The notes under the pieces were generated by a model. It had not been told where the DNA came from. It saw only the letters and a program-made list of their open reading frames with translations, and did not search any database. Shown here in pieces: positions 54,481 to 64,000 of a stretch of 64,000 nt of DNA. Every line of letters starts with the position of its first letter. Within the stretch, counting starts at the first letter, position 1. A program made the translations under genes and the position numbers. Where the stretch lies: the NCBI RefSeq assembly GCF_964355755.1, contig NC_092677.1:13166101-13230100 (forward strand), given 5' to 3'. This DNA is from Antedon mediterranea (taxonomy: Eukaryota; Animalia; Echinodermata).

Positions 54481-54987
54481 AGGCCTATTATAAATATTAA
54501 ACCTAAAACTACTTCATTTAAATAGATAATAAGGTAATAATCAGTTAATTATTTGCGCCAGTAGTGCCTAGCTAGTAGTGATATGCTACTAGGCGCCTAT
54601 TATAGCCTAAAAGCCTAGGCCTAGCCCTAGGCCTAGCCCTAGCTAGAGTAGTAGTAGGCCTAGGAGGGCCTAGGCCTAGATAGGTTTTGAGCCAAACTTA
54701 AACAAAACAGGAGGCCTCTAGACTACTAGGGCCTACCTCGAGGCTAGGCTAGCCTATTTAGGAGGGCCTACATAGCCTGCCAAGCTACTAGGTCTAGAGA
54801 GGCCAAGCTACTAGTTAAAGTAGGCTACATGAATAAAAGTACACCACTCCACCACTGCACTGCTCTTCTGGTCTGTGTGCTAATACTGATGTGGCTAGGT
54901 TGCCAAATAGGCCTAATAGCTAGGCCTAGGCTTTTACTAGTTTCTAATAATAGAGTATTGATATTCTTCGAATAAGGTTAAATAATT

Positions 54988-55055
54988 AGATTCTGACAGA
55001 ATCAAGAGGTTATATGCATGATAATGCATATAACCTCTTGATTCTGTCAGAATCT
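54988..55055. repeat. Perfect 32-bp inverted repeat with 4-nt loop
   Basis: AGATTCTGACAGAATCAAGAGGTTATATGCAT-GATA-ATGCATATAACCTCTTGATTCTGTCAGAATCT. Confidence 0.95.
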
Positions 55056-55059
55056 TTAT

Positions 55060-55924
55060 TTATTTATTCCTTTATTTATTCTTTCCTTAGCACTATTTTG
55101 TCCGTGAATTATCTTGGTATCAGTTTTATCAACTTTTCAGAGTATATTACTTATGGCCAGGAATCGATGTGGTTATGTTTTGACGGTGCGCAATCAAAAA
55201 TTGCGCGGTCTACGTGCGATTTAACAAAAATCACGTTTGTAATATCTTCACAAGCATGAATCACTTTTAAACAAAATTTGGTACTCATAAATTTCAGGTC
55301 AATGAAATCAAATCAATCAAAAAAATTAACATTAACTTTCTTCATTAAGAAGTTCATATATTAAAGTTAAAAGTATATAGTTTGACAGTGCATCATTTTA
55401 AAAAATTTTTAAAGATGTCATCATAGTAAAAAATTATAATTAATTGCGGTATGTAATAATCTATCTGCACCAAAGTGGTTACTGCATAGTAAATACACGG
55501 AGGAATCTTACTACAACTTTTAGTCAGTGTATGGCTCGGTGGTCTGTGCTCGTGTCTACTCAAGTTACCGAGATCGAGTCTCACCTTGGGAAACGAAACG
55601 AAATAAGATTTTTTTTTATTATCCGTAGGCCTATTGTTTGTTTTGTTTCTTAGTGTATAGATTATACACATGATTTATAATGAAATCTAGATAAAAAGTA
55701 ACTTATGTCTTTATTATTATGTAACAAATGTGGTTTATGACATTATACGCACATCGAATTGTAATACCGGCTATTGTATTTGCGTTAGCAAGATCCTATC
55801 ATATATATAAAAATTAAAGATTCCGAGAAAATCAATCAATCAATATATCTTTTACAAATCAGTTATCTTTATTTAAATCAATGCATTTAACCTATAATTC
55901 GTCATAGTGACGAATTAAATCTAG
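55060..55924 (+). mobile_element. Non-autonomous Helitron/Helentron-like element
   Basis: 3' hairpin TAATTCGTCA-TAG-TGACGAATTA (55895-55917) followed by CTAG|T (55921-55925); the 5' boundary is uncertain. Confidence 0.45.
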
Positions 55925-56536
55925 TTATTATTTTTTATTTACCATCTTTTAATATCATATTTTATTGAATTTTACAATGTTAATATTTTACTAAAAACGG
56001 TGATTTTATGTAATTAATTTACCGAAAAATGGAGTAGGCCTAGTTTACAACTGCCGCCTGAGGGTGGCAACATGTTTACATAATTTTTGGCTGAAAACGA
56101 TCATTTTCGGTGATGTTTTAGGCCTTATATTTTGGAATCTACAAGTCAGATTTTCATAATTATTTCTTTAATTGTAATATTTAATAATATATATTAAAAA
56201 CCGTGATATATAAACTGTTGAATATACATCGTTATCCCTAATGTTTAAAAAAAACGAGCACTGGCAAAAGTTAGCATTTGGCGTTTCATAGAAAATAACG
56301 TTTTTCTGGCGTTGGCTCAACTAGGCCTAATCCCTAGCTAGCTAGGCCTAGACCACTCATAATTAGTAGGCCTAGGCTAGAGCTAAGTACTTGTGCCTAG
56401 CCTAGGCTGATTTATTGATTATTTATTAGGCCTAGCCTATATATATATATTGGTTCAAAAATTCCTGTTTTTACTGCTATAATATAATATATTAAATATT
56501 TTACAGGATGGTGTAGGTTGAATTACAAGAATCAAA

Positions 56537-59500
56537 ATGTCAAACAGGAGGCAGGCAAAGAGCCTGGCAACCTCACCAAAAGGAAGGTTCTTTGAGTTGC
56601 AGCTCAAGTTTTTTACTGGTGAAAGTTTTGTAATAAAAGATGTATACAATGATATGAAAATTAAAGACCTGAAATCACTGATGGAGTTTGTGTCTGGTGT
56701 GCCAAGCTATCTACAGAGACCCTCTTACTTGGACAATGGTAAGACTTGGTGTCAATCAAGAGTATATTCATCATACTATCTATTACCCAATGCCATGGGT
56801 CCATGACGAAGTGCCTAATCTAAATTTCCTCAGTTAAGCTTGTGAACTGTTCTGTATATCTTTTAAATTAGGCCTACTATGTATTTATATATAATATGTT
56901 ATACTTTTTATTTACTTTTAAACGTATAACTGGACCATTTTGGAAAGCAGTACTGCGTTACTGAAAATGCAATCCAGTCAAAAGAAAGAATAAATAAATA
57001 CACATCCAAATTATTTATAGTACACCAAATTGGAATAACCTACCCAAAAGTCCATCGTTAATATGCCAAGCATCAACCAATCAATCCCTAATCCCAATCA
57101 CAGCTGCTGCCTTAAACTTGATACAGATTCTACCATTTTGCTTTTTTAACTGTAAGTAACAAGAAAAAAGTACAAGATGTAGAGTACAAATTATTGTGAA
57201 TCCTTGAATGTTAAATTAAAAATTTAAAGTCATAAGTTCCACAATAAACAAATTGATTATTATGAAACTAGGAGGCCTACTTTAATTAAGACTGTGTGAA
57301 GTGGCTGTGGAGGGGTAACCCACCTACTCGTCTAAAAAAATGTACTAGGTTCTTTTTTTAATTTGTCATTTATACTGGGTACCCTCTTCAGTCAAAGACT
57401 GGTCTCTCAGGGGGCTCTGTTATGATCAGTACACCAGTGTCACCCTCTACTCGTCTCGGAAAGATGTACTAGGTTCTTTAATGTGCACATGAGCTAGATG
57501 TGTACATTGGACCTACTGTTTATAGTCCTTATCCGAGAAGACTTGTTCTACCATCAGAACCCTGGAGCGAACCTCGAACCCTTGCCGATGTTATGGCTAT
57601 GTAATTTCAACTATCTTAACTCACACACTTTCAGGTTTTATAGTCCTTATCAGAGAAGACTACAAATAAGCAGGTCAGATATTAAATTCTAATCATGTCT
57701 TCCTATTTACCACCATACTACAAATAATATTTCAATGCTTGTAAGTAATCTGGTCAAGTGAAAGTTTAAATGATTTATAGTTCTGTTCTAGTGTGAAGCA
57801 AGCGTTATATTATTTAGGTGGTGTTTGAAATACTGTATTGATTTTTTGGCAACTTTTTTATTTGCAGCGGACCTGATGGACGACAGCAATGTGAGGCATC
57901 ATGACATAGTAGCAGGTGGCACTATCACTTTAGATGTTTGGAACACCTGGAAAACACTGATCAGTGCAGCTGCCGAGGGAAACATTGAACAGGTGTGCCT
58001 ATACTTTTCAACATACCATACTAGGCTTTGCAACCCTCATTAAAGTTCTTCTAAATGACGACAACATCTTAATTTATTATGATGAATAAATTAAAGGTTT
58101 AAAATGTAGCTAGGCCTAGCTGGCCTAACCGAACCAAAATCTTGTACGGGAAAACCTGCTATGCATGTCCAACTTTTACTGCTGGTTTTCCATGCCAGGC
58201 CACCACAAATATAAATGTAATCGATAGGGGCATGGTTGTTAAAGACCACTGAATCAAACCACTGTCATATTATATATACATTTTTTTTTGTATGGTGGCG
58301 TATGAAAGCATGTTATACCATGAACAACCTATCCCTACACAACCCACAGCAACTATAATTATTCTTTCTCTGTAAATTAGTTTTTAAATGCGTATTATTT
58401 TAACTTTTCCAGACCTACTTGCTAACTGCACTATTTTTAGTCTCTACAGCTCACTATGTCGGTTGGTGGTCGGTAAACAGTAACTTGAGCACGCAACTGC
58501 AGCCATGTATATGGCCTTGTTTATTAAATTTTTTGTAATACACATTTTTCAGCTAATGAAACTTGGTGTTACTTCAGACCAAGAATTCACCACACCAAGT
58601 TCAAAACGTATGAATGAGAAAGCAAGGAAAGGATGGGTAGCTGAACGAGCATTTGTTGCTTTGTGTATTGCATCACACAGAGGTCATGTCAGCTTAGTAC
58701 AGAAACTGATTGATGGAGGTAGACAAATCACTCACTGTGGTGGTTAACAAAAATTATTTTATAATAAACATTAATAGTAATACAACCAACTCAAAGTGCA
58801 GTGGACTAGATGTTACACCTACAACAACTTCTGGGTGTGCTAGCAGCCACCAAATGGTGCTTTTTTCGTATGTCCACAACGACAGGCGATGATATACTAC
58901 TATTCTGAAAGATGCGCTGGGTTCTGGCACATTGACATCCCTATCTGTAAAGAATTGTATCAAGAACTATGGTCGAAGAGAGCCTTCAACCTGTGCCGAC
59001 TTTATGGCTATATTTGCAGTGTCCCCTGCTTTGGCATCGCCTGGCCACTCAACTCTGGTTGTAGGTGACCAATGGTATATAAATAAAAACAAACCAAAGG
59101 TTGAACCAACATCAAATACTATACCATTCTTTTAAAGCCCTATGGTTAACTTTAAACTACTGGTTTGTAATACCTTGACTTGTAACTTTTTCAGGTGCAG
59201 ATGTCCATGCTAAGACTCCTCTTGGAAGGACAGCTCTTCACATTGCTGCTGCACAGGGAAAGAATAGCGCAGTAGAGGTTTTACTAAACAATGGTGCCAA
59301 GATTGATTCACCAGACAATGATGATAAAAACCCTCTAGTTATTGCTGGAATCTGGGGACATAAATCTTGTGAGCGACAAATATTCTTGTATCAATGGCAG
59401 CAAAGAGCTGCCATGCAGAAAGCAGTTCATTCTGATCCTGGAAGGATGGCTCACCAGATGTATGATTCTAAACTACAAACTTGGATGAAAGGAGATCATA

Positions 59501-60452
59501 AAAAACTTTACATGGCTCAGATTCTACCACCTGGGGAATTCTCTGGGTCTGCTTTGAACGCTCCACGACGAGAACGACCAAACTCGTCTACAAACGAAAG
59601 GCTTGCAGAACCTACTGCAGATGATGATTGGGATGAACTGGATTGGGAAGAAACACAATATATGACAGTGAACAAAGGTCAAGGAGATGGTAAAATTTCA
59701 ACCAAACGGAACAAGTCTTCTAAGTAAGAATGAATCCTTCTTAGCAAAATGTTTTCAACATTCTCTAAACATTTTGGAGTCTGATCTGGTAGGCGCTGCA
59801 CTGCTGGTTGCCGTGGAGGGCCTAATCTGAATTTCCTCAGTTTCCAGTTAAGCTCGAGGACAAATATAAAATACCTTAAGAGTAAAGATAACAATATTTA
59901 CCAAATGCATATTATTCAAGACTACTATGAAGATTATCTGATGACTAGCGAATATTTTCTTATTGTCCATTAAATAATTCTTGATCATGTTAATTTTTAA
60001 CCAAAAAATTCACACAACCAAATATTAAGAATTCACAGTCACCATGATAAAACCAATATTACTAATTAATACAGTAACTTTCTACACATATTTGGTATGT
60101 TTCTTTAATTTTAATGCTCTTTTCATTCTTTTTCAGAAGACCAACTTTAACATCAAACCCAGGAGAAGCTGCTTTTAATAAATGGCTTGCAGGAAAAGAA
60201 CGAAAAGAACATATGGAAAATGAAAGGAGAAAACGAATCAGAGAAGCTCAGAAAGAAAAAGAGGAAGACGAAAAAAGAGCTTTAACTGAGAAGGAAAAAT
60301 CATATGAAACCTGGTTAAAAGAGCAAAAGAGCAATAAAGGAAGAACTGGGAGAAGATATTCACCAGATCGAATATCTCCAGACATTAGCAAGTTCGACTT
60401 GTTGAGAATTCGTAAAGAAATGGGAATACTGAAACCGTTACAAACAACATGA
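56537..60452 (+). CDS. ANKRD60: Ankyrin repeat domain-containing protein 60-like (N-terminal ubiquitin-like domain, ankyrin repeats, charged tail), 5 coding exons, 445 aa
   Basis: Exons 56537-56738, 57868-57992, 58553-58718, 59195-59723, 60137-60452; GT-AG and in phase (1338 nt). Ubiquitin-like DMKIKDLKSLMEFVSGVPSYLQR..YLD..LMDD...HDIVAGG, then RAFVALCIASHRGH and ankyrin TPLGRTALHIAAAQG, matching ANKRD60 as recalled. Confidence 0.85.
57310..57665 (-). mobile_element. Rearranged SINE remnant with conserved central domain
   Basis: Minus strand GTCTTCTCGGATAAGGACTATAAAC..TAGGTCC...GTGCACATTAAAGAACC resembles Deu/Nin-type SINE cores; internal duplications present. Confidence 0.45.
58005..58231 (-). 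other. Duplicate of NDUFV2 coding exon 1 and proximal promoter inside an ANKRD60 intron
   Basis: Direct repeat of 54145-54367 at offset 3860. The exon copy 58067-58017 keeps its ATG, open frame ([17 protein letters not shown]) and GTATG donor. Confidence 0.9.
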
Positions 60453-60509
60453 CAAGAACAATTCTACTTGCTGGTTAAATACTCCAGCAGCAGTTTAAAG
60501 TTAGTTCAG

Positions 60510-60785
60510 TGCCAAATAACTAAGTTGGCAGCACTTAACCCGCATTGTGTTTGTTGACCAATACGCATAAAGGGCACAGAAGTTTAAATCAAACAGTTAT
60601 TGTTACTAATTGTTTGTCTCTCTTCACCCAGGTGTATAAAATAGGTACCGGTTCTATCAAGGCAAAACTTTGCGCTGATTACTAGCTGTATTATGGAAGT
60701 ATGTTCCTAAAAATGACCGGGGTAATGTTGTGCAGTGCTTCGAGAGCTTGCTTTATAACGCGCTATATAAGAATGAACAATTATT
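60510..60785 (+). mobile_element. SINE remnant with L2-type tail
   Basis: CTCTTCACCCAGGTGTATAAA-TAGGTACCGG core and CGCTATATAAGAATG..(ATT)n tail. Confidence 0.45.
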
Positions 60786-61534
60786 ATATTAAACTGGAGA
60801 AAAGTAAAGATAAATTTCCATTTATTATATCATTTGCATTAAATACAAAGAACATTGTGTTGCTCTAAGACTAACAGCATACTCCCTAATACAATAAAAA
60901 AACAATGACACATCATTCCCTAACATTCAGTGCTCTAATGGCAGATGGGTAAAAATATTACGGATTCTATTGGTATGAAAGGAATAGTCTGCCGCTCCTA
61001 AGAACATAGTTGGGTGGGGTTGATGAGGGAATGGGTGTCACTTAGAAGAATAGAAGAGTTCAAACATTGTTGAGTTCACCTGCAGTAGAATCACTGTCTG
61101 GATTTCTCTTTGATTCGGACGACACTAACTATTTCATTTTTTAAATGACGCCTCTAATTGGCCGGAAAGACACTCTAATGCAGCATGCAACCAATGAGCA
61201 TACTTTTTTCCTCCTCCTCCTCACACACGTGGGCTATTTAAAGGACGATAACATTTTAAAAATTCATTTGCAACTCTTTATTTTATCGCTTAACGTACGC
61301 TCATACAGAGAAGAAGGTATGAGTTATTCACGAACGAGTTTTCAATTTACGAACAACTTTAAACCTTGTGTACCGTGGGCCACGTATTGGGAGGATTTTC
61401 GGAGATGAGGGTGAGGTATTGGACATGTCGGGAATGGGGATTCGCAGTCGGTTAAAAAGGGGGGGGGGGGGGGAATGTTTCGCCCGAACCATAAATCCCC
61501 CCTGACTACGGGCCTGGACATCACTGAGATTTAA

Positions 61535-62383
61535 AGCCCTGATATTTACACCTCTTTTCCACTGTTAATTTATTTTTCGCATCACGATAAGTGCGCATGA
61601 ACTGAAAACTCGATTATACAGTAATACGCTTGACGTAATAGGACTACGCGAGCTACTACTGTTACCGGATTCATTTGATTACGTTCACATTAAAATTAAT
61701 AATTGACATTTATAACAATAACGTCGATCTATTATACCCATATTAGACACAACGTTGGCGCGCGACGTGTGTATTCCGCGAACCCGTTGATTATTGAGCA
61801 AATCACTTACGTTGCGTTGCGTCAGTAGGAACCAAGCTTTACGTTGCGCGTGCGTTGCGTCAGCGGAAACCAAGCATAAAGCTTGGTTCCCACTAGAACG
61901 TAACGCAAGGACGTAAACGCAACGCAAGCGTTTTAACCAATGACAAGCGAAGTTATAGACAGCCCTGATATTTACACCTCTTTTCCACTGTTAATTTATT
62001 TTTCGCATCACGATAAGTGCGCATGAACTGAAAACTCGATTATACAGTAATACGCTTGACGTAATAGGACTACGCGAGCTACTACTGTTACCGGATTCAT
62101 TTGATTACGTTCACATTAAAATTAATAATTGACATTTATAATAACGTCGATCTATTATACCCATATTAGACACAACGTTGGCGCGCGACGTGTGTATTCC
62201 GCGAACCCGTTGATTATTGAGCAAATCACTTACGTTGCGTTGCGTCAGTAGGAACCAAGCTTTACGTTGCGCGTGCGTTGCGTCAGCGGAAACCAAGCAT
62301 AAAGCTTGGTTCCCACTAGAACGTAACGCAAGGACGTAAACGCAACGCAAGCGTTTTAACCAATGACAAGCGAAGTTATAGAC
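61535..62383. repeat. Near-perfect 426/423-bp tandem duplication including part of a MITE cluster
   Basis: Units start AGCCCTGATATTTACACC at 61535 and 61961; the only difference I noticed is a 3-bp indel. Confidence 0.92.
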
Positions 62384-64000
62384 AGTTAGCAATCACAAGC
62401 GAATAAGCCATTGCTTGTGATTGATCAAATCACTTGCGTTGCGTTACGTCCTTGCGTTGCGTCGGTAGTGGGAACCACGCTTTACGTTGCGCTTAGTTTG
62501 CGTCAGTAGGAAACAAGCTTTACGTTGGCCATCATGATCAAATATGAACATATCTTTGTTTTTAAATGTTTTCCCGTACAATAGTTGTAACAGTAGAATG
62601 TTCTGTAATTGTTATGGTAGGGCCTCCTGCTTAAAACGCACACGTTTATAGAGTGGGACCTGTGAGAGATTACTATATTGTCCGGGTAAAGACGAATGTT
62701 TTTATCATGTAGACCTACAGCATGACGCGCAAAATACATTACATTTTTGTTTTCATGTAAAACAGAATGACTTACGTAATAACATTACCGTATTCTCATT
62801 CTTTAGTGAGCTGATTTCGTTTCAATTCCGAATTCTGTTAAATTGGAATTTTGCGTTTAAAGAAACATTACAAAAATAGAACAAGTCTGTTATTTTCTTA
62901 TTAAAAACTATTATTATATATTGTATTGAAGGATACGACCAGTTTGTAGAATTTATGTGATCTTCTGTAGAGGTTAATTGCTTCCGAGTATCGATGGGAT
63001 TGTGTGTAATGGCTTACCGCGAGCTATCTTAATAATTAATACTTTGTTTGATTTATACAAGCGTCATCATATCGTTCATTTCTACATAATTTGTTAATGA
63101 TTAAACAATACGAGCACAAGATAAAACTGTAGTATTTTTCAATAATGCATGTCACGACATTTCGTTAATATCAATTTATGAGCCAAATGCTATTTTGTTT
63201 ATTTTTACAAACATTTCCTATTTTTGTAGATAAATCCAAAGGCAAATTACTGAAAAAAAATGACAATGCTGTGGCTGGATCTCAATGGAGATACAAAAAT
63301 AAAAAGCGAAAAGCTAAATCAAAACGATAAAGTAAACAGCCAGAAAAGTTAGCAGAGCTTTCGGGCAACACTAGCCCTTCATATTTTTGTAGATAGATAC
63401 AAACTTTTTGCACGCATCATTCAACATTCAATGTGGTTCTTTTTTTATCAGATAGACTTGCTTTTTCACTAAAGTGCGCTCAAATCGATATAATGTAAAT
63501 GAATTTTAATTGATAGATAATTATAGTTATGCTTTGCTATTATAACGAACAGAACAGTCTTCTTTTAATTGCTTGATTTTCTCCTATTCCATGTATTGAT
63601 GATGTTAGTTATTTACTAGTCCATATAGTTTGACAACAATGGTTTCTCTAAATGAAATATCTGGATGATCCTGAATGAATTTACCAAAATGATCGTATGT
63701 TTTTCATAATATATTCATTAATTCCGTAACCGTTGGATTTGCCCTTGGTATTTTCAAATTAAATGTTTGTTCGTTATATAGATATGTTTCTCCAATATAT
63801 TACTTTTTTTTTAGAACAATCATTAAATAAAATGGACTGGGTTTGGTCAACAGAGCCACAGTCATATTGTGACTGTGGACAATGGAATGGAGACGAACTT
63901 CGACTTCAGTAGACAGAAGATTGAAAATGTTTATCAAGTTCAACTCTCCTCATCTCAGAGGGAGACTTTGTTCTGTGTAGGCATACAAGCGTCATTAAAA

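Noticed and set aside
60815-61130. Terminal exon of a further minus-strand gene
   Set aside because: A possible AATAAA (60821-60826, minus) and acceptor (~61080) exist, but the coding part would be 14 codons or fewer and I found no upstream exons in the window.
61685-62392. Duplicated 80/93-aa minus-strand ORFs
   Set aside because: They are translations of MITE sequence inside the tandem duplication.

Overview
AT-rich, intron-rich animal genomic DNA. It is probably from an invertebrate deuterostome such as an echinoderm, but that is inference. Three spliced genes can be rebuilt by hand with GT-AG junctions and consistent phases: an 11-exon secretagogin (SCGN, + strand, 5583-41176, 287 aa), a 7-exon complex I 24-kDa subunit (NDUFV2, - strand, 45510-54207, 245 aa) and, head-to-head with it, an ANKRD60-like ubiquitin-fold/ankyrin gene (+ strand, 56537-60452, 445 aa). 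Introns and intergenic DNA hold many MITEs, tRNA- and 5S-derived SINEs, Helentron-like elements and minisatellites, including a ~51-copy 53-bp array. The main highlights are: (1) a decayed LTR-retrotransposon-like insert in NDUFV2 intron 2 with a Gag-like region followed by a frameshifted TatD-family nuclease domain; (2) an intact second copy of NDUFV2 exon 1 plus promoter inside an ANKRD60 intron; (3) a 5S-rRNA-headed SINE whose empty site is visible in the neighbouring tandem unit; (4) a perfect 32-bp hairpin and CTAG/AGGCCT-rich islands around the bidirectional promoter. Most ORFs in the supplied track are spurious.
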